Positions 9,141 through 18,463 of a stretch of 64,000 nt of DNA are shown here, in pieces. Position numbers and translations under genes: made by a program. The DNA comes from Candidatus Levyibacteriota bacterium (GTDB lineage: Bacteria > Patescibacteriota > Microgenomatia > Levybacterales > GWA1-39-11), in assembly GCA_050255815.1 (NCBI GenBank), contig JBLMVJ010000019.1, forward strand, positions 26-64,025. The letters run 5' to 3'. The notes under the pieces were generated by a model. That model saw only the letters and a list, made by a program, of their open reading frames with translations. It did no database searches and had not been told where the DNA came from. How positions within the stretch are numbered: the stretch's first letter is position 1; each line of letters opens with the position of its first letter.

Positions 9141-10115
9141 TTATGGGTTGTTTTTTTCAAGTTCTACATCTGCTTTCACCATCATTTCAACCAGTTCTTT
9201 AAATGAAGTCTTTGGCTCCCATCCCAATACTTCCTTTGCCTTACTATAGTCACCAATCAGATAGTCTACTTCTGCAGGCCGCATATGTTCCGTTTTATTA
9301 GCTGTTACATGCTTCTCCCAGTCAGTGATTCCCACCGTCTTAAAGGCCACTTCCACAAATTCTTTGACTGAATGGTTTTCCCCGGTTGCTACTACATAAT
9401 CATCCGGCCTATCCTGTTGGAGCATCATCCACATGGCCTCTACATAATCCCCGGAAAAACCCCAATCCCGTTTTGGTTCCAAAGAGCCTAATTCAAGCTT
9501 CTCTTGTTTACCCAAACTAATCCTGGCAACAGCATTTGAAATCTTACGTGTAACAAACTCTAACCCTCTTCTGGGAGACTCATGGTTAAAAAGGATTCCT
9601 GAACAGGCAAACATATCATAGCTTTCCCTATAATTCAGGGTAATATAGTGACCATATACTTTTGCCACTCCATATGGGGATCTGGGATAAAAACGTGTTG
9701 TTTCTTTTTGGGGAGTCTCAGTCACTTTTCCAAACATCTCAGATGATGATGCCTGATAGAATTTAATTTTTTTATTTACCTGACGGATAGCCTCCAGCAT
9801 TCTGGTTACTGAAAGCGCAGTAAACTCCCCGGTTAAAACAGGCTGGCTCCAGGAGGCTTTCACAAAAGATTGTGCCGCCAGGTTATACACTTCATCAGGT
9901 TCTGAATTTATTAATGCGTCAGCAAGCGATCCCTGGTCAAGGAGGTCTCCGGGAATAATAGTGATCCGGTCCTGGATGTGTTTAATGTTTACAATATTTG
10001 GGGTTGAGAGGCGGCGGACTAAACCGTATACCTTGTATCCTTTCTTGAGAAGAAATTCGGCAAGATAGGAACCATCTTGTCCGGTGACACCGGTTATGAG
10101 TGCTTTTTTAGCCAT
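9141..10115 (-). CDS. gmd: GDP-mannose 4,6-dehydratase
   Basis: [41 protein letters not shown] and WMMLQQD align closely along the whole length with E. coli Gmd. Confidence 0.92.
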   Translation of the reverse strand: MAKKALITGVTGQDGSYLAEFLLKKGYKVYGLVRRLSTPNIVNIKHIQDRITIIPGDLLDQGSLADALINSEPDEVYNLAAQSFVKASWSQPVLTGEFTALSVTRMLEAIRQVNKKIKFYQASSSEMFGKVTETPQKETTRFYPRSPYGVAKVYGHYITLNYRESYDMFACSGILFNHESPRRGLEFVTRKISNAVARISLGKQEKLELGSLEPKRDWGFSGDYVEAMWMMLQQDRPDDYVVATGENHSVKEFVEVAFKTVGITDWEKHVTANKTEHMRPAEVDYLIGDYSKAKEVLGWEPKTSFKELVEMMVKADVELEKNNP

Positions 10116-10138
10116 ATTATTGTTCAGCTTTAAAAATA

Positions 10139-11086
10139 TTAAACGTTATTGCGCCAATAATCAAGGGTATCTTTCAACGTTTGTTCTAATTTTATCTCCG
10201 GTTTCCATCCTAAAGTCTCAATTTTTGTATTATCAGACCTGATATCCGGAACATCAGAAGGCCGCAAAAGAGCAGGATCAATCTCTGTATCTATATGTTC
10301 AGTTGAAAGGGAAAGGAGTGAGTCAAGGATTTGGGAGATCTTATGTGACTTTCCGGATCCAGCATTATACACATCCCCTGATTGCCCCTTTTCTGCTATT
10401 GCTAAATATGCCTGCACCATATCCCGAACATCTGTAAAATCCCTTTTTGCCTCTAAATTCCCCACTTTCATAACCGGTGGGATTTTTTTCTTCTCAATTT
10501 CTGCTATTTGTTTTGCAAAAGAAGCCACAACAAACTGCGGAGTCTGCCGGGGCCCTATATGGTTAAACGGCCTCACCCTAATAACATCCATTTTATAAGA
10601 GTTAAAGTACTGCAACCCTAAATAATCCTGGGCAATTTTTGATACGGCATATGGGCTACCGGGTCGCATAGGAGTATTTTCATCCAATGGTAAATCTGAT
10701 GGCTCCACTAATCCATATATTTCAGCAGAGGAAGTAATAATAATCCTTGAGGAAATGTTTGCATTTCTTACTGCCTCAAGTAGGTTTATCTCTGCTGCTA
10801 TATTATTTGTGATTATTTTTTCCGGTTCTTTAAAGCTTTCTGCCGGTGAGGTAAGTGCAGCAAGATGGAAAATAATGTCCGGATTCAATTCAGCAATTAC
10901 TTTCTCTGTTTCTTCTCTGTCTAACAAATTAAGCTTTTTTAATACCAATCTATCTTTAATTGCGTCAACAAAAGAAAGGTTATCTGATATATGAGTTCCC
11001 TGAACAGTATAGTTTTTTTCAAGAAGAAGTTCAGCTAAAAAACTTCCGGCAAACCCTGAGATTCCTGTAACGAGGACTTTTTGCAT
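10139..11086 (-). CDS. rmd: GDP-4-dehydro-6-deoxy-D-mannose reductase (Rmd-like; GDP-D-rhamnose synthesis)
   Basis: [44 protein letters not shown] and GWKPEI parallel Pseudomonas Rmd motifs ([40 protein letters not shown]). Sits adjacent to gmd. Confidence 0.8.
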   Translation of the reverse strand: MQKVLVTGISGFAGSFLAELLLEKNYTVQGTHISDNLSFVDAIKDRLVLKKLNLLDREETEKVIAELNPDIIFHLAALTSPAESFKEPEKIITNNIAAEINLLEAVRNANISSRIIITSSAEIYGLVEPSDLPLDENTPMRPGSPYAVSKIAQDYLGLQYFNSYKMDVIRVRPFNHIGPRQTPQFVVASFAKQIAEIEKKKIPPVMKVGNLEAKRDFTDVRDMVQAYLAIAEKGQSGDVYNAGSGKSHKISQILDSLLSLSTEHIDTEIDPALLRPSDVPDIRSDNTKIETLGWKPEIKLEQTLKDTLDYWRNNV

Positions 11087-11089
11087 AAT

Positions 11090-12379
11090 TTACCTGCCTA
11101 CCCCAATTGATTTGAAGCCAATTTTTTCAAGTGTCTCCGGTTCATAAACGTTTCTGCCGTCAACCAGGTAGGGAGTTTTCATAGAGGCCGCAATTTTCTT
11201 CAGGTCTAATTCTTTAAATTCATTCCACTCAGTTAAAACCGCAAGCACGTCTACGCCTCTTGCTGCCTCATACGCATCTATTGTGTATATTACTTCCGGC
11301 ATGAGTTTTTTTGCATTCTCCATAGCCTGAGGATCATATGCTTTTATCTTTGCCCCTTCATTCCTAAGTAGATTAATAATAAAAGTAGAAGAGGCATCAC
11401 GCATATCATCAGTATTGGGCTTAAATGATAAGCCCAATACACCAATGGTTTTTCCACGCAAATCCCCTCCAAATAATTTTATTTTCTTCACAATATCCCG
11501 TCTGGCATATTCATTAATCCGCTCTACTTCATCTAATAATCCAAAATTGTAGTCATGGTCTTTTGCTATAGCCAGAAGTGCTTTTACATCCTTAGGGAAA
11601 CAGCTTCCGCCATACCCTGCACCTGCAGATAAAAATGCTGACCCAATCCGTTTATCTAATCCAATTCCCCTCAAAACATCAGGACCGTTTGCCCCGCATT
11701 TTTCCGAAAGTTTAGCGACGGCGTTTGCAAAGGAAATTTTGGTAGCAAGAAAAGAGTTAGAAGCGTATTTGATAAGCTCTGCGGTTTCTAAATTGGTTAA
11801 AACCAATTCTCCACCTAATGGCTTATGGAGTTCAACCAGTATATCCCGTGCTTTTTCAGATTCATATCCTATCACCACTCTGTCAGGATGCAGGGTGTCT
11901 GAAATTGCGCTCCCTTCCCTAAGAAACTCCGGAGTTGAAGTAAGGTCAAATTTTGCAGTTTCCGGTATATTTTCTGCAATAATCCGCTTAATTTTTTTAT
12001 TAGTTCCTGGCGGAACGGTACTTTTAGTTACTACTACTGTATAACCGGAAAGGTTTTGGGCAACTTTTTCTGCAACGCTAAAAACGGTTGCCAGCTCTGC
12101 ATCTCCGCTTTTCTGCGGAGGAGTCCCAACCGCAATAAAAACAACGTCTGATTCAGAAACTGCAGGAACATAATCTAAGGTTGGGATAAGTCTTCCCTCA
12201 TCAACATTTTTTTTGACTATTTCTTCAAGGCCCGGCTCCCAAATAGGACGTATTCCTTTTTTGAGGTTTTCAATTTTTTCAGGAGTATGGCCAATGATAT
12301 ATACAGTATTTCCTAAGTCAGCAAAAATCGCTGCGGTCACCAATCCTACATAACCATGTCCAATAAATGTAATGCGCAT
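11090..12379 (-). CDS. ugd: Nucleotide-sugar dehydrogenase (UDP-glucose 6-dehydrogenase family)
   Basis: N-terminal Rossmann IGHGYVGL. Catalytic GGSCFPKD motif. C-terminal UDP-binding domain. 429 aa. Confidence 0.8.
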   Translation of the reverse strand: MRITFIGHGYVGLVTAAIFADLGNTVYIIGHTPEKIENLKKGIRPIWEPGLEEIVKKNVDEGRLIPTLDYVPAVSESDVVFIAVGTPPQKSGDAELATVFSVAEKVAQNLSGYTVVVTKSTVPPGTNKKIKRIIAENIPETAKFDLTSTPEFLREGSAISDTLHPDRVVIGYESEKARDILVELHKPLGGELVLTNLETAELIKYASNSFLATKISFANAVAKLSEKCGANGPDVLRGIGLDKRIGSAFLSAGAGYGGSCFPKDVKALLAIAKDHDYNFGLLDEVERINEYARRDIVKKIKLFGGDLRGKTIGVLGLSFKPNTDDMRDASSTFIINLLRNEGAKIKAYDPQAMENAKKLMPEVIYTIDAYEAARGVDVLAVLTEWNEFKELDLKKIAASMKTPYLVDGRNVYEPETLEKIGFKSIGVGR

Positions 12380-12387
12380 ATAATCTT

Positions 12388-13266
12388 TTAACTTCCAAGT
12401 ACGTCTGACATCTCTTGCAACCCTTGGTCAAATGAACGGGGCGAAAATCCAAGATTTTTCATTTTATCATTTTTCAAATATAAATTGAAAGGGCGCTCCG
12501 CTTTTCCCGCAAAGTATTCCGCACGCACTACCTGTCCTATTACGGAAGTATCTACCCCCACCATCTGTGCAATTTTTTTGGCTGCAAGATATGGGGTGAG
12601 GGGAGTATCTCCTACCACATGGTATGTGCCCGTAAGATGCTCCACTATTACTTTGTGTATACCTCCCGCTATGTCATCTATATAGGTAGGAACAAAGATA
12701 TGGTCAGTTACACCTCTCACTTCTTGTCCGTTCTTTAAGCGTTGTGCAATAAGCCGCACAAAATCTTTTTTTTGCGCACTGCTTTTTCCATAAGGATATG
12801 CAATACGTAAAATGGCATGCATCACTCCGGAATTTCTTACCGCTTCTTCCCCCCGGTACTTTGTCTCTCCATACCAGTTAACCGGATTGGGTGTGTCTTC
12901 CTCAATGTATCCTTCCCCTTCCGACTTTTTTCCGTCAAAAACAAAATCAGTAGAAATATAAATGAGGGTTTTACGGTATTTTGAACAAAGGCGGGCAATT
13001 TCTTTAGTAGCAGAAACGTTAACCCGCCAGACCTCTCCATTTTCACCGTTTATCTTATCTTTTTCGCAACCGTCTACATCTGCATATGCTGCCATATGCA
13101 ACACGTACTCATCCGGAAACTCCACCATGTATTCCTCAACTGCTTTGTAATCAGTGATATCTACATTATTATGCCGGGATAATGATATGAAGCCCAGATC
13201 CGGAAGGATTTCCTTAATTCTGGTCCCTACCAAACCGGTCATTCCGGTTGCCAAAATACGGATCAT
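12388..13266 (-). CDS. rmlD: dTDP-4-dehydrorhamnose reductase
   Basis: ILATGMTGLVG Rossmann, STDFVFDG and YGETK motifs characteristic of RmlD/RfbD. Confidence 0.85.
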   Translation of the reverse strand: MIRILATGMTGLVGTRIKEILPDLGFISLSRHNNVDITDYKAVEEYMVEFPDEYVLHMAAYADVDGCEKDKINGENGEVWRVNVSATKEIARLCSKYRKTLIYISTDFVFDGKKSEGEGYIEEDTPNPVNWYGETKYRGEEAVRNSGVMHAILRIAYPYGKSSAQKKDFVRLIAQRLKNGQEVRGVTDHIFVPTYIDDIAGGIHKVIVEHLTGTYHVVGDTPLTPYLAAKKIAQMVGVDTSVIGQVVRAEYFAGKAERPFNLYLKNDKMKNLGFSPRSFDQGLQEMSDVLGS

Positions 13267-14291
13267 GCGCTTTCCTCCGCATCTTGGTATTGTGCGCTAT
13301 AGTATTTTTGATATTCTTCATTTTTCAATTTAGCCCACCATTCTTTGTTCTGCATATACCACTCTATGGTCTTTTCAAGCCAGGTGTCAAAATCAAATTC
13401 CGGCTTCCAGCCTAAATCATGGTTAATCTTAGACCAATCCACAGCATACCTCCGGTCATGCCCTGGCCGGTCTTTTACATACTCTATAAATGTTTCGTCC
13501 TTCCCTAAAAGCCCAATAATCTTCTTTGCTACTGACAAATTATTTATATCAGCAGTTAATCCGCCAACACAGTAGGTATCTCCGGCCCTTCCATTCATGA
13601 GAACAGCCTCTATAGCCCTACAATGGTCCTCAACATGGAGCCAATCCCGCACATACAATCCGTCACCATAAACCGGCACTTTTTTACCTTCCAAAATATT
13701 AGTAATAGCAAGCGGGATAAGCTTCTCCGGGTATTGGAACGGTCCAAAGTTATTGGAACAATTTGTAATGCTGGTATGCAAACCATACGTATCTGCGTAA
13801 GCTCTTACCAAATGGTCAGAAGCGGCTTTGCTGGCAGAATAAGGACTATGAGGATTATACGGGGTCAGTTCATTAAACTTTGCCGTTGACTCTAAAGGCA
13901 ATGCACCAAAAACTTCATCTGTTGAAACGTGATGGAACCTCTTTATTTTTTTTTCTACCGCAGCATCCAGAAGAATCTGGGTACCTACTACGTTTGTTAA
14001 TATGAATTCTGAAGGTTCTTTAATAGACCTGTCTACGTGGGATTCTGCTGCAAAATGGACTACTATATCAACCCCTTCCATTACTTCCTGCACCAGGTTT
14101 ATATCCCGGATGTCTCCTTTGATAAATTTATAAGAAGGGTTATTCTCAACTGACTTCAGGTTGTCCAGATTACCCGCATATGTTAACTTGTCCAGGTTAA
14201 TGACTAAATCATTCTTGTGGTGGGAAAGCCAATAAAGAATAAAATTTGCGCCTATAAAGCCAGCTCCTCCTGTAACTAAAATCTTACTCAT
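13263..14291 (-). CDS. rmlB: dTDP-glucose 4,6-dehydratase
   Basis: ILVTGGAGFIGANF and YSASKAASD motifs with full-length RfbB architecture. 4-nt overlap with rmlD. Confidence 0.9.
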   Translation of the reverse strand: MSKILVTGGAGFIGANFILYWLSHHKNDLVINLDKLTYAGNLDNLKSVENNPSYKFIKGDIRDINLVQEVMEGVDIVVHFAAESHVDRSIKEPSEFILTNVVGTQILLDAAVEKKIKRFHHVSTDEVFGALPLESTAKFNELTPYNPHSPYSASKAASDHLVRAYADTYGLHTSITNCSNNFGPFQYPEKLIPLAITNILEGKKVPVYGDGLYVRDWLHVEDHCRAIEAVLMNGRAGDTYCVGGLTADINNLSVAKKIIGLLGKDETFIEYVKDRPGHDRRYAVDWSKINHDLGWKPEFDFDTWLEKTIEWYMQNKEWWAKLKNEEYQKYYSAQYQDAEESA

Positions 14292-14336
14292 AAAATTTCT
14301 CCCCGCCTGTTACAAGAATCTTGCTCATCTTGAATA

Positions 14337-14807
14337 TTATCCCATTATAGGGGTTTGCAGGGGATGTTTCAAATGTTCTGCATATTTTAGGATAATTCCT
14401 CTGTGGTCAAAGGCAAACTCATTTTCTGCCGGTAAAGAGTCTAGTTTAAACCAGTGGATTTCTGAAACCTCATCATTCAGATTTGGCTCTCCTCCAATAA
14501 TTTTTGCCGCAAAGAGAAAGTCAACATTTTGACGGTCTTCTTTTGGCCTGTCAGGCCGGTCATTAACCATAAAAAGTCCAACAATTTCACCCTGGTACCC
14601 TGTTTCCTCCTTTAATTCCCTTAATGCTGCTGACTGCGTGTCTTCATCTCTTCCCAGAAAACCGCCAGGAATAGTGTAGGTACCATGCCTATGGGAAGAG
14701 GTACGCTTGACCAGAAGTATTTCCTGTTTATCGTTTACTACCAGCGTACCTACCGTCACATGTCTGAGTTTTGCAAAGCCGCGGTCTTCAAATTGACAGG
14801 TTATCAT
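14337..14807 (-). CDS. NUDIX hydrolase (possibly nucleotide-sugar hydrolase, Gmm/NudD-like by context)
   Basis: Nudix box GGFLGRDEDTQSAALRELKEETG. Embedded between rmlB and rmlA-like in a nucleotide-sugar operon. Confidence 0.8.
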   Translation of the reverse strand: MITCQFEDRGFAKLRHVTVGTLVVNDKQEILLVKRTSSHRHGTYTIPGGFLGRDEDTQSAALRELKEETGYQGEIVGLFMVNDRPDRPKEDRQNVDFLFAAKIIGGEPNLNDEVSEIHWFKLDSLPAENEFAFDHRGIILKYAEHLKHPLQTPIMG

Positions 14808-15544
14808 TACAATTCACCTTGGAGTACTTTTTCCTTCACGAGTTGGTTTGCCCTAAGGAGTTCATCATGGGAGGTTCCTGCATCAATCCACCAGTCAATT
14901 ATTTCACAGCCCAGGTTGCCATCCCTCAGATAGTAATTGTTCAAATCAGTAACTTCCAATTCTCCTCTTGCTGAGGGGTTCAGATTTTTAATCAGGGAAA
15001 ATACAAACTTATCATACATATAAATACCGGTTTGGGCCAGGTTAGACTTAGGATGTTCAGGCTTTTCTTCAATAGATAAAACCCTTCCCTCATCATCTAC
15101 CTCTATCACACCATACTGCTTTGACTCCGTAGGCATCCGTACCCCAAAAACTACCGCTCCCCGCTCTACCTTCTCAAATTCTTCAACTATTTTTTTTAGG
15201 TCAAAATTAAAAATATTATCCCCCAAAAGCACCAGGATTTTTTCATCATGGGCAAATTCTTCTGCCAAAGAAATGGCGTCTGCAATTCCTCCTTTAGGGT
15301 TTTTCTGGATTGCATAATACAGTTTCAGCCCAAATTCTTCACCTGAACCTAACAGATTGGTAAATTGGCCTGCATGGTCCGGTCCAGTAGACAACAACAC
15401 TTCTTTTATACCCGCTTTTTGCATGGCTTCCAAGGGGTAATAAATCATGGGTTTGTTGTAAACAGGAAGAAGATGCTTGTTAGTCACAAGCGTCAGAGGC
15501 CGTAAACGTGTTGCTAAACCACCAGCTAATATTAATCCTTTCAT
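14807..15544 (-). CDS. Sugar-1-phosphate nucleotidyltransferase (short RmlA/GlmU-N-like)
   Basis: LILAGGLATRLRPLT (GGxGTRLxPLT) motif. 245 aa, shorter than canonical RmlA. 1-nt overlap with the Nudix gene. Confidence 0.75.
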   Translation of the reverse strand: MKGLILAGGLATRLRPLTLVTNKHLLPVYNKPMIYYPLEAMQKAGIKEVLLSTGPDHAGQFTNLLGSGEEFGLKLYYAIQKNPKGGIADAISLAEEFAHDEKILVLLGDNIFNFDLKKIVEEFEKVERGAVVFGVRMPTESKQYGVIEVDDEGRVLSIEEKPEHPKSNLAQTGIYMYDKFVFSLIKNLNPSARGELEVTDLNNYYLRDGNLGCEIIDWWIDAGTSHDELLRANQLVKEKVLQGEL

Positions 15545-15719
15545 TTTTTAAAAACTTACTTTTTAAACCAAATAAATGGTTTTTAAAAAATATGTTGAGG
15601 CTCCGGTTGTTCCGAGACTAAACGAGGAACAAACAGGAGTTGAACATATTTTTGTAAATCACGAGTACATGTGTATCAAAAGCTCTTGATACCATCGGTA
15701 CCTCTGGTACCCTTTTACC

Positions 15720-15983
15720 CTATAGCGTTCCGCTCTTTAAAAATGTAAAGACAGCAAAAACAAGGACGCTAATAAGAATATATTCTATCATAATCTTTGG
15801 CTTCATGTCGTGCTCCAGGATATGATGGGATACTCCCATAATGGAATAAATAATAAGAAGCATGGCAAGTGCAAAAGCTTGGGGATTATAGGAAGGAAGC
15901 AGAGAATAAATCAGGAAAAATCCAATCCCTAAAATAAAGGTTTCTATAATGAAATAATTTAAATGAATATGTTTATCCCTCAT
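15720..15983 (-). CDS. Small hypothetical membrane protein (2 TM)
   Basis: 87-aa hydrophobic ORF. No homology recognised. Confidence 0.4.
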   Translation of the reverse strand: MRDKHIHLNYFIIETFILGIGFFLIYSLLPSYNPQAFALAMLLIIYSIMGVSHHILEHDMKPKIMIEYILISVLVFAVFTFLKSGTL

Positions 15984-16882
15984 AGAATTCCCCCGGATTT
16001 AGTCAAAATTACATACGTTAAGAATAATAGCAGGAGAATAATGTGGTCCAAATTATGCCCTACAATCCTGGGGATTTTGTTTTTCTCCACTATGACAATG
16101 TCTAAAATCAAAACGGCTATAATAAACATCAAAAATGCAACGGTGGCTGATTTTGTCACTATCTGCGCATTCAAAACCGGATGCGATACAACCTGCTCTG
16201 ATGCTGTCTTTAAGACCTGTTTTTGGACCAGCGGAACCGGAACACTTTCCGGTGCAGGATTTTCCTGGGAAGCAACTTTTTGGGGCGGAACAGGCACCTG
16301 TGGGGTACTTTCAACAGCAACGGCAGGTGGAGTTCCAAACATTTGGACAACCAATACGGTATCTTCTCCCAATAGGTTTCCCTCTACCACGGCGAAGCCT
16401 ATATCTTTATATTTATTAGACAATAAGTTCTCCCGGTGTGAAGGTGAATTCATCCAGGCACTTACAATATCTTTTGAAGAAGTAAATCCTTTTGCCAGAT
16501 TTTCTCCCGCATATAAATACTCATAGCCGGAATTTTTTATAAAGTACCAGGGACTAGTCCCATCAGGAGCAAAATGAGCCCAGAAATTATGGGAAAACAT
16601 ATAATCTGCTTTTGCTTTGGCAGCAGCATTCAGCTCTGGGTTTAACTTTAAATCAGTAAGGCCATTTTCCTCACGGGCCACGTTAGTATCTTGTAAAAGT
16701 TCATCTGTGGTTATAGAAAATGAAATTCCCAGGACTGACGGGTTGGAAACGCGCAGGTAAATAGAACCGCAAGACAACAGAATAAACAAAAGAGTGAATA
16801 ATAATAAGGAAGAATTATGGAGAATTTTTGCCCGGTGGTTGTTGGTGTGATGCGGCGTAAATAAATGCCTCAAATAATTCAT
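15980..16882 (-). CDS. CAP/SCP/PR-1 (YkwD-like) domain protein with N-terminal and C-terminal TM segments
   Basis: CAP signature ..SAWMNSPSHRENLL.. plus Pro-rich linker and C-terminal TM. Start set at MNYLRHLF (16882); the track ORF extends to 16939. Confidence 0.7.
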   Translation of the reverse strand: MNYLRHLFTPHHTNNHRAKILHNSSLLLFTLLFILLSCGSIYLRVSNPSVLGISFSITTDELLQDTNVAREENGLTDLKLNPELNAAAKAKADYMFSHNFWAHFAPDGTSPWYFIKNSGYEYLYAGENLAKGFTSSKDIVSAWMNSPSHRENLLSNKYKDIGFAVVEGNLLGEDTVLVVQMFGTPPAVAVESTPQVPVPPQKVASQENPAPESVPVPLVQKQVLKTASEQVVSHPVLNAQIVTKSATVAFLMFIIAVLILDIVIVEKNKIPRIVGHNLDHIILLLLFLTYVILTKSGGIL

Positions 16883-16955
16883 ACACTCTATTATGAGACA
16901 AATTAAAGACATTGCGCAAGAGGGGCGGATAAATTTCAAATTAGAAATTAAAAAT

Positions 16956-17267
16956 TCAGTATTCCGGTTCTACAACTTCCCCCACCGGCTTTCCATTTAC
17001 GGAAACAGAAATCCCAAAAGCCAGTGCATTAGCTATAGCTGCTCCCACCCGTAACCCGGTAAAAGAACCTGGCCCTGTATTTATTTCAATAGCTTTAATT
17101 TCTTCAAGTTTTAAATCTTGTCCTTTTAATATTCTGTCTATAAGCTTTAACACATTTTGGTCACCCGGAGCTCTCCTCTCCTCCTCAAGTTTTAAATCTT
17201 GTCCCTCTTTTTCAAGAACAACTAAAGTCTTTAAATTATTTGACGTGTCTATCCTAAGCGTATTCAT
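16956..17267 (-). CDS. tsaB: Minimal TsaB (YeaZ) N-terminal-domain-only protein, 103 aa
   Basis: INTGPGSFTGLRVGAAIANALAFG is the YeaZ/TsaB signature. Lacks the C-terminal half. Contains an internal duplication GQDLKLEE x2 (24-bp DNA direct repeat). Confidence 0.6.
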   Translation of the reverse strand: MNTLRIDTSNNLKTLVVLEKEGQDLKLEEERRAPGDQNVLKLIDRILKGQDLKLEEIKAIEINTGPGSFTGLRVGAAIANALAFGISVSVNGKPVGEVVEPEY

Positions 17268-17302
17268 ACTTTATGCTCTATTTTTCGAGCTCTCCCTCGA
17301 AG

Positions 17303-17360
17303 AATACCGGGAGTCTCTGGCAAGCGAGGAAGTTTCCGAGCGCGCCAAGAGTTAACGGTA
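17303..17360. repeat. Bipartite conserved intergenic element, copy 2
   Basis: Identical 22-nt and 18-nt flanks to copy 1, with an 18-nt variable core of the same length. Preceded by TTTTTCGAGC at 17281-17290. Starts 9 nt after the tsaC stop and ends ~36 nt upstream of the tsaB start. Confidence 0.5.
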
Positions 17361-17369
17361 TACCTGATA

Positions 17370-17951
17370 CTAAATACTTATTTTTATTGCTCCCTCCCTA
17401 ATCTTCTTCCATGGTGTCACCGTTGTATCAATAATAGTGGATTCTTTCTTATACGTACATTCACCTTCCATCACATAATCCGCCTTTTTCAAAACCTGCC
17501 TGTTTACATCTTGAATAGTATAAGGAGTAATTCCCCCTGAAATGTTAGCAGATGTGGCAATGATAGGAACCCCTACAGCTGTTATTATGTTTTGCAATTC
17601 CGCATGCTTTGGCCATCTTACAGCAAGAATGTCCGTATTTCCTGTTACTAATCCCGAAACTTTCCCCAGTTTTGTTTTAAAGAAAATGCTCAATCCTCCC
17701 GGCCAATATATATCTATAAGTTTTGTTTTTACCTCTTCCGGAATAGCCACATACTGTTCTGCCATTTCCTCACTATCCACCAACACCAAAAGCGCATTAT
17801 CAAAAGACCTTTGTTTTATTTCAAAAATCCTCCGCACTGAAGCTTCATTATCCATTCTACATCCAATTCCCACTGCAGTATCCGTAGGAAAAACAACAAT
17901 CCCACCGTTTTTAAAGACTTCGATTGTTTTGTGAACATTATCGTATTTCAT
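17370..17951 (-). CDS. tsaC: L-threonylcarbamoyladenylate synthase (YrdC/Sua5 domain)
   Basis: VVFPTDTAVGIGC hallmark of YrdC-fold TsaC. 193 aa. Confidence 0.9.
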   Translation of the reverse strand: MKYDNVHKTIEVFKNGGIVVFPTDTAVGIGCRMDNEASVRRIFEIKQRSFDNALLVLVDSEEMAEQYVAIPEEVKTKLIDIYWPGGLSIFFKTKLGKVSGLVTGNTDILAVRWPKHAELQNIITAVGVPIIATSANISGGITPYTIQDVNRQVLKKADYVMEGECTYKKESTIIDTTVTPWKKIREGAIKISI

Positions 17952-18052
17952 ATTTAATACCCTGAAATTGATTGATATTGATTGAAATTAATAGAAACTA
18001 ATTGTAATTACAACAAATTTCTAACAATTTCGCGAGCGAAGCGAGCATATTT

Positions 18053-18463
18053 CTATAAATATCTATTGATCAATATTTTCCGCCCTTCCCCTTCTATCTC
18101 AAATTTCACTTCCCACCTTTTCTCCGGAAGATTTTTGAGTTTCTCCGGCCACTCTATCAATTTGATTGAATTTGGGTCTTCCAGCAATTCTTGAATGCCT
18201 ATTTCCTGCAAATTTTTCATACCCTCAATTCTGTAAAGATCTATATGGTGCATATTATTGTGAGTTCTAACAATAGGAAATGTTGGGGAAATAATTCGTG
18301 TCTTCACCCCAAGTCCTACTGCTATGCCCTTCACAAAAGTAGTTTTCCCATATCCTAAATCTCCATAAAGCAACACAACATCACCCGGCTCTAATTCCCT
18401 TGCAAATTCTTCTCCCAGTTTTTGTGTCTCCTCATCCGATGTTGAAAAAAATTCTTGATTCAT
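18053..18463 (-). CDS. tsaE: tRNA t6A biosynthesis ATPase TsaE (YjeE)
   Basis: P-loop LYGDLGYGKTTFVKG typical of TsaE. Start set at MNQEFF (18463), forming an ATGA overlap with the upstream stop; the track ORF extends to 18556. Confidence 0.85.
   Translation of the reverse strand: MNQEFFSTSDEETQKLGEEFARELEPGDVVLLYGDLGYGKTTFVKGIAVGLGVKTRIISPTFPIVRTHNNMHHIDLYRIEGMKNLQEIGIQELLEDPNSIKLIEWPEKLKNLPEKRWEVKFEIEGEGRKILINRYL

Noticed and set aside
15545-15719. Riboswitch/sRNA upstream of the rmlA-like gene
   Set aside because: It contains only a TTGATA-N17-TACAAA promoter-like sequence and a short hairpin (GTTCC..GGAAC). No recognisable aptamer consensus.
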